Shown here: positions 31,666 through 40,562 of the stretch, one piece after another
How the letters are laid out: every line of letters begins with the position of its first letter
Numbering within the stretch: position 1 is the stretch's first letter
Assembly: GCA_963767775.1 (NCBI GenBank)
Contig: CAVYFI010000004.1
Span: 153,006-217,005, forward strand
Direction: 5' to 3'
Length of the DNA stretch: 64,000 nucleotides
From: Bryobacterales bacterium
Lineage (GTDB): Bacteria > Acidobacteriota > Terriglobia > Bryobacterales > Bryobacteraceae
Position numbers and translations under genes: made by a program
Notes under the pieces: generated by a model
Told to the model about the DNA's origin: nothing
Databases searched by the model: none
What the model saw: the letters and a program-made list of their open reading frames with translations, nothing else

Positions 31666-32925
31666 ATGGCAATTCTTCCTCGCTTCGCGGATGAGTGGGT
31701 GCTGAAGCGGATTCTTGACGCCACCGGCCAGGCGCCGATTCGAATCGTGGTCAAGGGCGGGGCGGACGTGTCGCCCGCGGGAATTTCGCCTGTAGCCACC
31801 GTGTTCGTGCAAGATCGCAACACGCTGGCGGGCCTGGTGCGTGACCCGGAAGTCAGTTTTGGCGACGCCTACATGGACGGCAAGCTCGAGGTGGAGGGCG
31901 ATTTCGTCCGGTTCCTGGAAGAGGTGTATCGGGCGATGGACAATGCACCGGCCGCCGGCAAATGGTATTCGCGGCAGGCATCCAAGTGGCTGGACCTTTG
32001 GCAGGACAATTCCCCCAGCGGTTCGCGCAAAAATATTCACCGTCACTACGATTTGGGAAACGACTTTTATAAACTGTGGCTGGATTCGCAACTGGTCTAC
32101 ACATGCGCCTACTTCCCCACGCCCTCCTCGACGTTGGAAAACGCTCAAGTAGCCAAGATGGATCACGTCTGCCGCAAATTGCGGTTGCAGCCGGGCGAGA
32201 CGGTGGTGGAAGCCGGGTGCGGCTGGGGCGCGCTGGCGCTGCACATGGCGCGTCACTATGGCGTCTCGGTCAAGGCGTACAACGTTTCCCATGAGCAGAT
32301 CGCGTTCGCGCGCGAGCGAGCCAGAGCAGAAGGGCTCAGCGGCCAGGTGGAATTCATCCAAGACGACTATCGGGCGATTACGGGCCGCTTCGACGTGTTC
32401 GTGTCAGTGGGCATGCTGGAGCACGTCGGCGAGACGCACCTTGGCGAGTTCTCGGACGTGATTCATCGCAGCATCGGGGACACGGGTCGCGGCCTGGTGC
32501 ACTTCATCGGCAGGAACCGTCCGGGTGTCTTCAGCCGTTGGATTCGCAAGCACGTTTTCCCCGGGGCGCACACTCCAGCGCTGCGCGCGGCGCTGAGGGT
32601 TCTGGAGCCGAAGAATTACTCCGTTCTGGACGTGGAGAATCTGCGGATGCACTACGCCAAGACGCTGGAGCATTGGCTGGAGCGCTTTGAGACCTCCCGG
32701 CAACAGGTGGCGGCGATGTATGATTCCCGCTTCGTGCGCGCATGGCGCTTGTATCTGGCGGGGTCGCTCGCGGCGTTTCGCGTCGGGCATTTGCAGTTGT
32801 TCCAGATCCTGTTCACCGGCTCCGAGCGCGAGCCGATCTTCTGGACGCGCGATCCGTTGTATGCCGATACGAAACACGTAGAAGTGGTCCGCGAGAAAGT
32901 CAAATGGACGCATGCGATGTCCTGA
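31666..32925 (+). CDS. cfa: cyclopropane-fatty-acyl-phospholipid-synthase-family SAM methyltransferase
   Basis: HYDLGNDFYKLWLDSQLVYTCAYF, SAM motif VVEAGCGWGALALHMA, MLEHVG. GGAGGA SD before the ATG. Intact 419 aa. Confidence 0.85.
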   Translation: MAILPRFADEWVLKRILDATGQAPIRIVVKGGADVSPAGISPVATVFVQDRNTLAGLVRDPEVSFGDAYMDGKLEVEGDFVRFLEEVYRAMDNAPAAGKWYSRQASKWLDLWQDNSPSGSRKNIHRHYDLGNDFYKLWLDSQLVYTCAYFPTPSSTLENAQVAKMDHVCRKLRLQPGETVVEAGCGWGALALHMARHYGVSVKAYNVSHEQIAFARERARAEGLSGQVEFIQDDYRAITGRFDVFVSVGMLEHVGETHLGEFSDVIHRSIGDTGRGLVHFIGRNRPGVFSRWIRKHVFPGAHTPALRAALRVLEPKNYSVLDVENLRMHYAKTLEHWLERFETSRQQVAAMYDSRFVRAWRLYLAGSLAAFRVGHLQLFQILFTGSEREPIFWTRDPLYADTKHVEVVREKVKWTHAMS

Positions 32926-34034
32926 TCGTAGGCGGCGGCCCGGCCGGCTCGGCGTGCGCGTGGGGGCTCAGAAGTTCCGGGCTCGACGTGGCGATACTCG
33001 ACAAGCAGAGATTTCCACGCGATAAGGTCTGCGGCGGCTGGATTACGCCCGCGGTTTTGAGCGAGTTGGAAATAGACGCCGCCGAATACGCCCGAGGAAG
33101 GCTGTTGCAGCCGATCAGCGGGTTTCGCACGGGCTGCATCGCTCATAGCGACGCTGGCGGATCCATCGAGACCGATTACAAGCGGACGGTGAGTTATGGA
33201 ATTCGCCGCCGCGAGTTCGACGAATACTTGCTGCGCCGCTCAGGTGCACGGTTGTTTGAGCCAGGCGCGCTCACGAACCTCGAGCGCGACAACGGCGGAT
33301 GGATTGTCAATGGGCGGACAAAAGCGCGTTTACTGGTGGGCGCGGGCGGACACTTTTGTCCGGTGGCGAAGCTGACGGGCGCGAAGCCAACGCGTGAAAA
33401 CGCCGTGGTGGCGCAGGAAGCCGAGTTTGAGATGGACCAGCGGCAACAGGCCGGATGCCGCATTCGTCCGGACGTTCCCGAGCTTTATTTTTGCGCCGAC
33501 ATCAAGGGCTACGGCTGGTGTTTTCGCAAAGACAATTTCCTCAACATCGGGCTGGGGAGGATGGATCAGCACCGGCTATCGGAGCATGTGGCGGCGTTCG
33601 TGCGCTTTTTGCAAGCCGCCGGGCGGATCACTTTCGATGTTCCCGCGGCGCTGCTCGGCCACGCGTATCTTTTGTACGGAGTGTCGGAGCGCAAGGTGGT
33701 GGATGACGGCATGCTGCTGATCGGCGACGCGGCGGGGCTGGCGTACAAGCAAAGCGGCGAAGGGATTCGGCCGGCCATCGAATCGGGACTGCTGGCCGCG
33801 CAGGCCATCGCGCGGGCCGAAGGCAATTATTCGCGCCAATCGCTGGAGCGATATGGAGTGCTGTTGCGGAAGCGGTTTGGCACGTCTGGGCGGGACTGGG
33901 CGTCGATGATCGGGCAGCGTCTGCCGTCGGCCTGGATCGGGGCTTTGGGAAGGACGTTGCTCGGAACCCGCTGGTTCGTGCGCGATGTGGTGATCGATCG
34001 CTGGTTTCTCCACGCCAACGAGCCCGCCCTCTGA
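32904..34034 (+). CDS. FAD-dependent oxidoreductase of the geranylgeranyl-reductase family
   Basis: MDACDVLIVGGGPAGSACA (GxGxxG), RFPRDKVCGGWITP, LIGDAAGLAY. The start lies 22 nt inside the cfa-like ORF. Intact 376 aa from ATG 32904. Confidence 0.75.
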   Translation: MDACDVLIVGGGPAGSACAWGLRSSGLDVAILDKQRFPRDKVCGGWITPAVLSELEIDAAEYARGRLLQPISGFRTGCIAHSDAGGSIETDYKRTVSYGIRRREFDEYLLRRSGARLFEPGALTNLERDNGGWIVNGRTKARLLVGAGGHFCPVAKLTGAKPTRENAVVAQEAEFEMDQRQQAGCRIRPDVPELYFCADIKGYGWCFRKDNFLNIGLGRMDQHRLSEHVAAFVRFLQAAGRITFDVPAALLGHAYLLYGVSERKVVDDGMLLIGDAAGLAYKQSGEGIRPAIESGLLAAQAIARAEGNYSRQSLERYGVLLRKRFGTSGRDWASMIGQRLPSAWIGALGRTLLGTRWFVRDVVIDRWFLHANEPAL

Positions 34035-34036
34035 AG

Positions 34037-34246
34037 GTGGGACGGACGCCCTCGTCCGCAGCCGACGCCCTCGTCGGCCTGGTCTTGGTGCGGGATGAGC
34101 GGGAATTCGAGAGCATCCGGAACTATATTGAGAGGAATCCTGTGCGGGCGGGGTTAGTGAGGGAAGCCAGTGAGTATCGATGGTCGAGCGCGGGATGGCC
34201 GACGAGGGCGTCGGCTGCGGACCAGGGGGTCCGCCCCACTCGGTGA
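34037..34246 (+). mobile_element. remnant of a REP-associated tyrosine transposase (RAYT / IS200-like Y1 family), C-terminal ~35 aa only
   Basis: The region between the two inverted repeats translates as LVLVRDEREFESIRNYIERNPVRAGLVREASEYRWSS. The ..NPVRAGLV....Y.WSS ending is typical of RAYT-type transposases. No catalytic N-terminal part is present. Confidence 0.6.
34055..34221. repeat. perfect 25-bp inverted repeat pair flanking the RAYT remnant
   Basis: tccgcagccgacgccctcgtcggcc at 34055-34079 and its exact reverse complement ggccgacgagggcgtcggctgcgga at 34197-34221. Each arm contains the hairpin gccgacg-ccct-cgtcggc. 117 nt lie between the arms. Confidence 0.85.
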
Positions 34247-34294
34247 GCGAGGGTCCGCCCTACGTCAATCCATCACCTGCGATGATGAAACAAA

Positions 34295-35986
34295 ATGCCG
34301 CTCGACAACCATTACGAAATCGCATACTTCTCGATGGAGATCGAGCTCGAATCGGATATCCCCACCTATAGCGGCGGCCTGGGCGTCCTCGCGGGCGACA
34401 TGCTGCGGTCGGCGGCCGATCTCGGCGTAGCGCTGGTAGCGGTTAGTTTGGTGCATCGCAAGGGTTACTTTCGCCAGAAGCTGGACGCCAACGGCCAGCA
34501 AACCGAGACCGATGACGAATGGCGTCCGGAAGACCGGCTGGAGCGCCTGGAGCCCGTTATACCGGTCCAAATTGAAGGCCGCGAAGTTCGAGTGCAGGCT
34601 TGGAAATACGTGGTGCGAGGCCAATGGGGCCACGAGGTTCCGGTAATTCTGCTGGACGCGAGAGTGACTGGAAACTCGCCGGAGGACGCCGCGCTCACGG
34701 ACCACTTATACGGCGGAGACGATCGTTACCGGCTGAGCCAAGAGGCGATTCTGGGGCTGGGCGGGCGCGAGATGCTGGCGGCCCTCGGGCTCAACGTACA
34801 CGTCTACCACATGAACGAAGGGCACTCGTCGCTGCTCACCATCGGACTACTGGAAAAGCAATTGGCGGGTCAGCAGCGGCCGATCACCGAAGACGATATC
34901 AAGGCTGTTCGAAAGCAGTGCGTGTTTACGACCCACACGCCCGTTCCGGCTGGGCATGACAAGTTTCCGAACAGCCTGGTGGGTCTGGTGCTGGGCGAGC
35001 AGCGATTGGCGCTGATCGAAGAAACGGAGTGCTGTCCGGACAAAGTCCTCAACATGACCTATCTGGGTCTGCGATTCTCGCGCTACATCAATGGCGTGGC
35101 CATGCATCATGGGGACGTTTCACAGGGCATGTTTCCCGGGTATCCAGTGCACGCCATCACCAATGGCGTGGATGCGGGGCGCTGGGTATCGCCCGAGTTT
35201 CAGAAACTTTACGATCAACACATTCCGGAATGGCGCCGCGACAATTTGTATTTGCGATACGTGATCAAGATCGATGCTGCCGAGATCGGCCAGACTCATC
35301 AAGCCGCCAAGAGTACATTGATTGCTGCACTTGGTGAGAAGACGGGCGCCAACCTGAACGAGAAGACGCTGACCATCGGTTTCGCCCGGCGCGCGGCGCA
35401 ATACAAGCGTATGGAACTTTTGTTTTCGGACCTGGACCGTCTGCGCGGCATCGCTACTAAGGTGGGGCCTTTACAGATCGTCTACGGAGGCAAAGCGCAT
35501 CCCAAGGATGAAGACGGCAAGGCCTCTATTCGAGCGGTCTTTCAAGCGGCCAAAGCGCTGCGCGGGACGATCGAGGTAGTGTACGTGGAGAATTACGACG
35601 CTCAATGGGCCGGGTTGCTGACCAGCGGAGTGGATTTGTGGCTGAATACGCCGCATCGGCCGTTTGAAGCTTCGGGAACCAGCGGGATGAAAGCGGCCAT
35701 GAATGGCGTCCCGAGTCTCAGTATTCTGGACGGCTGGTGGATGGAAGGATGCATCGAAGGCATCACCGGTTGGGCCATTGGAAGCGACGAACTGCCCGAC
35801 GACGATCAGCGAGATGAGATTACGTCGCTCTACGATCAATTGGAGCGCGTGATCGTCCCGCTGTACTACGGGACGCCGCGCAAATATTTCGAAGTGATGC
35901 GTTCGGCCATTGCGCTGAACGGATCGTTCTTCAATACGCAGAGGATGGTGCGGCAGTACCTCGAGGACGCTTACCAAACTCAATAG
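34295..35986 (+). CDS. glgP: alpha-glucan (glycogen/maltodextrin) phosphorylase, short GT35 type
   Basis: YFSMEIELESDIPTYSGGLGVLAGD, FTTHTPVPAGHD, and the PLP-lysine context EASGTSGMKAAMNGV. Intact 563 aa. Confidence 0.85.
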   Translation: MPLDNHYEIAYFSMEIELESDIPTYSGGLGVLAGDMLRSAADLGVALVAVSLVHRKGYFRQKLDANGQQTETDDEWRPEDRLERLEPVIPVQIEGREVRVQAWKYVVRGQWGHEVPVILLDARVTGNSPEDAALTDHLYGGDDRYRLSQEAILGLGGREMLAALGLNVHVYHMNEGHSSLLTIGLLEKQLAGQQRPITEDDIKAVRKQCVFTTHTPVPAGHDKFPNSLVGLVLGEQRLALIEETECCPDKVLNMTYLGLRFSRYINGVAMHHGDVSQGMFPGYPVHAITNGVDAGRWVSPEFQKLYDQHIPEWRRDNLYLRYVIKIDAAEIGQTHQAAKSTLIAALGEKTGANLNEKTLTIGFARRAAQYKRMELLFSDLDRLRGIATKVGPLQIVYGGKAHPKDEDGKASIRAVFQAAKALRGTIEVVYVENYDAQWAGLLTSGVDLWLNTPHRPFEASGTSGMKAAMNGVPSLSILDGWWMEGCIEGITGWAIGSDELPDDDQRDEITSLYDQLERVIVPLYYGTPRKYFEVMRSAIALNGSFFNTQRMVRQYLEDAYQTQ

Positions 35987-35994
35987 CGCGGGAA

Positions 35995-36465
35995 TCAGGT
36001 GCCGGACTCGGATTTCCGCGCGGCTTCTTCGACGGCGGCGAGCAACTGCCGGGCGCGGGCGGCCTGGTCGTGAGCCACGCGGACTTCGAAGGCAAAGTTG
36101 GGCAGCACTGAATCGCCAATCAGCACGGCAGCGATGCCGTTCGATTCCAGGAAATTCTTCATGCCCATGGCTTCCATCTCACTGGCGGCGCTGGCGATGG
36201 TCTCCAGATCGAGTTCCGGCGAAGGATCCACGTCTTCCACTTCGTCGGGCAATGGATCCTCGGCGATGACCTTTTCGGCCCGGGCGGCGTGGGCGGCGGA
36301 AACGCACACCTCGAAGACTCCTTCGGGTACTCCGGGAGCGGAATCGTCCCACAGCACGGCGTCGATTCCGGCATCTTTAAGAAGGTCGAGAATTTCTTGA
36401 CAATCTTCCTTGGCGCTAGCGTCCATGGAACGATACACCGTCACCAATCCTGATTCGTTGCTCAC
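35995..36465 (-). CDS. DUF2007-like (putative signal-transducing) tandem-domain protein
   Basis: Two repeats of the small beta-alpha-beta pattern (VTVYRSMDASAKEDCQEILDLLKDAGIDAVL ... and ASEMEAMGMKNFLESNGIAAVL...). Acidic linker. Intact. Confidence 0.5.
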   Translation of the reverse strand: MSNESGLVTVYRSMDASAKEDCQEILDLLKDAGIDAVLWDDSAPGVPEGVFEVCVSAAHAARAEKVIAEDPLPDEVEDVDPSPELDLETIASAASEMEAMGMKNFLESNGIAAVLIGDSVLPNFAFEVRVAHDQAARARQLLAAVEEAARKSESGT

Positions 36466-36526
36466 GACTTGATTCTAGAGGATTGGCGCCGGGCGGCGGG
36501 CGGTAGAATAAAAATGGAGGCTAAAT

Positions 36527-36814
36527 ATGTCGGATCAGGACTACGGCAACAAGGCGGTATGGTTCATGGCGGGAATTGCGATCGGGGCCACGGTGGCGTT
36601 GCTCTATGCGCCGGCCACCGGCGAGCAGACGCGGCGGCAACTGTCCAGGAGAGCCCAAAAGGGCCGGGATGCGCTGGCCGACACCGGGGAAGACTTGCTG
36701 GATCGCGGGCGGGAGATGTACGAGCGCGGCCGGAAACTGGCCGATGAAGCCGCCGACATGTTCGAGCGCGGCCGGAAGATCGTGGAGAGTACCGCTTCCA
36801 ATCTGAAGGGATAA
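36527..36814 (+). CDS. YtxH-domain protein
   Basis: FMAGIAIGATVALLYAPATGEQTRRQL, followed by a charged helical tail. 95 aa. Confidence 0.65.
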   Translation: MSDQDYGNKAVWFMAGIAIGATVALLYAPATGEQTRRQLSRRAQKGRDALADTGEDLLDRGREMYERGRKLADEAADMFERGRKIVESTASNLKG

Positions 36815-36823
36815 ATCAGATTC

Positions 36824-38410
36824 ATGAGCAGCACGATGACGGAGCCGGTAAAGGTGCATCCGCACGCGTTTCGAAACGAGCCGGTTACCGATTTCTCGAA
36901 ATCCGCAAATCGCGAGGCGATGGAGCGGGCCCTGAGCGAGGTGCGCGGGCAGTTTGGGACGGGAATACGAGCTCTTGATCGCTGGACGCCACGAGAAGAC
37001 GCCGGATAAGCTGAAGTCGCTGAATCCATCGCGGCCGAGCGAGGTAGTGGGCATCCACAGCAAGGCCACCGCCGAGCTCGCAAAGGAAGCAGTGGAATCG
37101 GCTCACGCGTATTTTCCGGAGTGGGGCGCCGTGCCCGCGGAGACTCGCGCTCGGATTCTGCTGCGCGCGGCCGAGCTGTTCCGCGAGCGGAAGTTCGAAT
37201 TCGACGCGTGGCTGGTATATGAAGCCGGCAAAACCTGGCCGGAAGCGGACGCGGATGTTTCCGAGGCGATCGATTTCTGCGAATACTACGCGCGCCAGAT
37301 GCTGCGCCTGGCCAAGCCGGATCCGCTGGTGCAGTTGCCGGGCGAGAAGGACGAACTGTTCTATCTGCCGTTGGGCGTGGGCGTGATTGTGCCGCCATGG
37401 AATTTCCCGCTGGCCATCATGGTGGGGATGACCACGGCCGCGCTGGTGGCGGGGAACACGGTGGTGATCAAGCCGTCCAGCGATACGCCGACCATTGCCG
37501 CCAAGTTCGCCGAAGTGCTGCTGGAAGCCGGGTTCCCCGCGCAATCGTTCTCCATGCTGGTGGGCAGCGGCGCGGTGGTGGGCGATGTGCTGGTGGAGCA
37601 TCCGCTGACGCGCTTCATCGCGTTCACGGGATCCAAAGAAGTGGGGCTGCGCATCAACGAACTGGCCGCGAAGCCGCGCAAGGGGCAGCTCTGGATTAAG
37701 CGCGTGGTGGCGGAGATGGGCGGCAAGGACGCGATCGTGGTGGATCGCGAGGCGGATGTCGACACCGCGGTGAAGGGCGTGCTGTGGTCGGCGTTCGGGT
37801 TACCAGGGCCAGAAATGTTCGGCCTGTTCGCGCGCCATCGTGGACGCGGCCATCTACGACGAGTTCGTGGAGAAGCTGAAGGCCGAGGTCGCGGGGTTGA
37901 AGGTGGGACCGGCGGACGATTCCGGGAATTACATGGGCCCGGTGATCAACGAAGGCGCGATGAAGTCGATTTTGGATTACGTAGAGATCGGCAAGAAGGA
38001 AGGCCGGCTGGTGGCGGGAGGCGGCAAGGCGCCGGGCGATGGCTATTTCGTGCAGCCCACGGTGATCGCCGACATGGATTCCAAGGCGCGAATCTTCCAG
38101 GAAGAGATTTTCGGGCCGGTGCTGGCGGTGGCGAAGGCGCGCGATTTCGAGCATGCGCTTCGAGCTGGCGAACGATTCCGAGTACGGGTTGACGGGCGCC
38201 GTCTACACCAACAATCACGAGAAGATCCGCAAGGCGCGCGAGCAGTTCTTCGTCGGGAACCTGTACATCAATCGCAAGTGCACCGGAGCGATGGTGGGCG
38301 CGCATCCTTTTGGCGGGTTCAATATGTCGGGGACGGATTCCAAGGCGGGCGGGCCGGATTACCTGCTGCAGTTCCTGCAAGCCAAGTCGATCGCCGAGAA
38401 GATTTCGTGA
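36824..38410 (+). CDS. pruA: L-glutamate gamma-semialdehyde (1-pyrroline-5-carboxylate) dehydrogenase; 3 frame switches (~36955, ~37810, ~38150)
   Basis: [42 protein letters not shown] (36954-38192 frame). [13 protein letters not shown] by my shifted translation, then [10 protein letters not shown]...[10 protein letters not shown] (37840-38418). [14 protein letters not shown]...[27 protein letters not shown] (38153-38410). Confidence 0.85.
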
Positions 38411-38501
38411 TAACGTAGGTGTTGTTCGGAGGGCCGTGGAGCCCCGATCAGAAGGGGACCAAGAAGTCACAACTCCAGGGTCGATTCCGAACGACGCGGC
38501 G

Positions 38502-38530
38502 AAGGGCGCACGAGCAATCGGCGCCCTTTT
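38502..38530 (+). terminator. possible intrinsic terminator downstream of pruA
   Basis: aagggcgc (38502-38509), 11-nt loop, gcgccctt (38521-38528), followed by tt. The 8-bp GC-rich stem runs into a TTTT tract. Confidence 0.4.
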
Positions 38531-38540
38531 CCATTGAAGA

Positions 38541-38572
38541 GCCGCTTGCTCACGCGCGCGGTTCAGTAACGG
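38541..38572 (+). repeat. copy of dispersed ~30-nt REP-like element (core cgcggYtcRgta)
   Basis: gccgcttgctcacgcgcgcggttcagtaacgg. 26 of the first 31 positions are identical to the minus-strand copy at 58716-58746. Confidence 0.55.
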
Positions 38573-38943
38573 TTTCTTCGAGCGGGTTCGGATACGCGTC
38601 GGGGTCGCGCTGCTCGTCCGCCGTGCAGGCACTGAAAATCCTTTTCGATCAGGATCGACAGGCGCTTGCCGGATTCGAGCGGCTGATCGCCGGAGATGCC
38701 CACGCGGTCGGTACGTGAACCAATCGATCGCCATCCGCGGCGGGGACCTGAATCTCGCAGCCAGCCGTTCTGGAACGAGGCCTGGGGCGCGGGAATGCTG
38801 GATGACGATTCCAGCGTGTAAGCGAAGCTGGCGCCGGGCCCGAACTGGATGCTGTCTTCGACAAAACCGGTCTTGCTGAACTGCGCCACTTCGGATTGGT
38901 TCAGCCGCAGCCGCAGCGAGTTTCCTTGGATGCGGAGTTTCAT
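38563..38943 (-). CDS. conserved hypothetical protein (resembles what I recall as DUF7009); probably 2 frame switches
   Basis: [35 protein letters not shown]...FAYTLE and C-terminal [11 protein letters not shown]. The middle part reads better in ORF 38649-38864 ([13 protein letters not shown]). Confidence 0.45.
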   Translation of the reverse strand: MKLRIQGNSLRLRLNQSEVAQFSKTGFVEDSIQFGPGASFAYTLESSSSIPAPQASFQNGWLRDSGPRRGWRSIGSRTDRVGISGDQPLESGKRLSILIEKDFQCLHGGRAARPRRVSEPARRNRY

Positions 38944-39771
38944 TGGATTCTGGATGCTCCTGAATAGATATTAAAACGGCCGTCGCGAACGAAGCCAAGC
39001 AGGGTCATGTTGAAGCGCTGCGCGGTTTCCACCGCCAGGCTGGAGGGCGCGCCGACCGCGGCCAGGATCGGGATGCCGGCCATCAGCGCTTTTTGCACCA
39101 GCTCGAAGCTGGCGCGGCTGCTCACCAGCAGCAGGTGGTCGCTGAGCGGCGTCTGGCCGGCCAGCATTTCGGCGCCGATCAGTTTGTCGACGGCGTTGTG
39201 GCGGCCGACGTCTTCCCGCAATAGCTGAAGTGTTCCATCGGGCGAGAAGAGCGCCGCCGCGTGCAGGCCGCCGGTGCGTTCGAACACCGGCTGCGCGCGC
39301 CGCAGCGTCTCGGGCAGATGATGAATCACGCGTGGCTTCGACCAGCGGCTGGTTGCGCGGGAGCACCGGGCAGCCCTGCATCTGCGATGGCTTCGATGGA
39401 CGCTTTGCCGCAAACGCCGCAGCTGGAGGTGGTGTAGAAGTGGCGCTCCAGGCGATCGAGATCCACTTCGACGCCGGGATTCAGTTCCACGGTGACCGAA
39501 TTGCCGAGCTGGCGCGGATTGCCGTTGGCCTGCGGTGTGCGACCAGCGGATCTCGCGGATCTCGTGCGGCGTCGTGCAGGATGCCTTCGGTGAACAGGAA
39601 GCCGGCGGCCAGTTCGAAATCATGGCCGGGGGTCCGCATGGTGATGGAGATGGACTTTGTGCGCCGCAGGCGGATTTCGAGCGGTTCTTCGACGGCCAGC
39701 AGATCTTGGAAGGGAGCGGAGGAATCGCCGTCGACTTTCTGGACGGGTACTGTCAGAATGGGCCGGTTCAC
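38940..39771 (-). CDS. fdhD: formate dehydrogenase accessory sulfurtransferase FdhD; at least 3 frame switches
   Basis: [21 protein letters not shown] (39481-39771). [21 protein letters not shown] by my translation of a third frame around 39400-39460. GGLHAAALF...[12 protein letters not shown]...[34 protein letters not shown] (38940-39623). Confidence 0.8.
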
Positions 39772-39811
39772 ACCGACCTTATGGTAACGCGCGCGGGCGC
39801 ACGGTCGTGCG

Positions 39812-40477
39812 TTAGGCCAGGTTCGGGATCTTGATGATCTTCTTCTGGATCGCGTACTGCACCAGCTGCGCCTTGTTGTGGATGTCGAGCTTGCGCATCA
39901 GATTGAATTTGTGCGCTTCCACGGTCTTGACGCTCAGGTTCAGATCGCAGGCGATTTCTTTCACCGAGTTTCCTTCGGCCAGCATCTTCAGGACTTCGCG
40001 TTCGCGCGTGGTGAGCGTGGCAAAGCGCGGCAGGCGGTTGGCGGACTTGATGCGCGAGCGGAAATCATCCACCAGTTGGGACAGCATGCGGGGGCTCAGG
40101 TAGCTGCCGCCCCGGCAAATGTCGCGAACCGCGGCGACCAGTTGGGCCGAAGGGCTGTCTTTGAGGACATAGCCGCTGGCGCCTACTTCCATGCCTTCCA
40201 CCAGGTAGTCTTCATCGTCGTACATGGTGAGAAACAGGACCTTGGTTTCGGGCCGGTTCTTCTTGATCTGCCGCGTGGCTTCGAAACTGCTGAGGCCGGG
40301 CATGCCGATGTCCATCAGCACGACGTCCGGACGGAGTTCGGTGGCCTTCTCGACGGCGTCGCCGCCATTGGAAGCTTCGCCGACCACTTCCATATCGGCT
40401 TCAGCGGAGATCAGGGTTCTGATGCCCTGGCGAAAGAGGGTGTGATCGTCCGCCAACATGATGCGAGTCTTTGCCAT
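39812..40477 (-). CDS. NarL/FixJ-type response regulator (REC plus LuxR HTH)
   Basis: IMLADDH, DVVLMDIGMPG (phospho-acceptor Asp context), LTTREREVLKMLAEGNSVKEIACDLNLSVKTVEAHK. Intact 221 aa. Confidence 0.9.
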   Translation of the reverse strand: MAKTRIMLADDHTLFRQGIRTLISAEADMEVVGEASNGGDAVEKATELRPDVVLMDIGMPGLSSFEATRQIKKNRPETKVLFLTMYDDEDYLVEGMEVGASGYVLKDSPSAQLVAAVRDICRGGSYLSPRMLSQLVDDFRSRIKSANRLPRFATLTTREREVLKMLAEGNSVKEIACDLNLSVKTVEAHKFNLMRKLDIHNKAQLVQYAIQKKIIKIPNLA

Positions 40478-40562
40478 AACGTTTACCCGAGTTTGAACTG
40501 CCTCGAATCCCTTTCCTAAGCTTGAGCTTCCCGCCTGCGGTTGTCTCCGATCGCCACCGGGC

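Noticed and set aside
38940-39771. fdhD as a marker of a formate dehydrogenase or selenoprotein locus
   Set aside because: There is no fdh catalytic, Fe-S or sel genes anywhere in the window. The neighbours are an unrelated hypothetical gene and a two-component system. An orphan accessory gene only.
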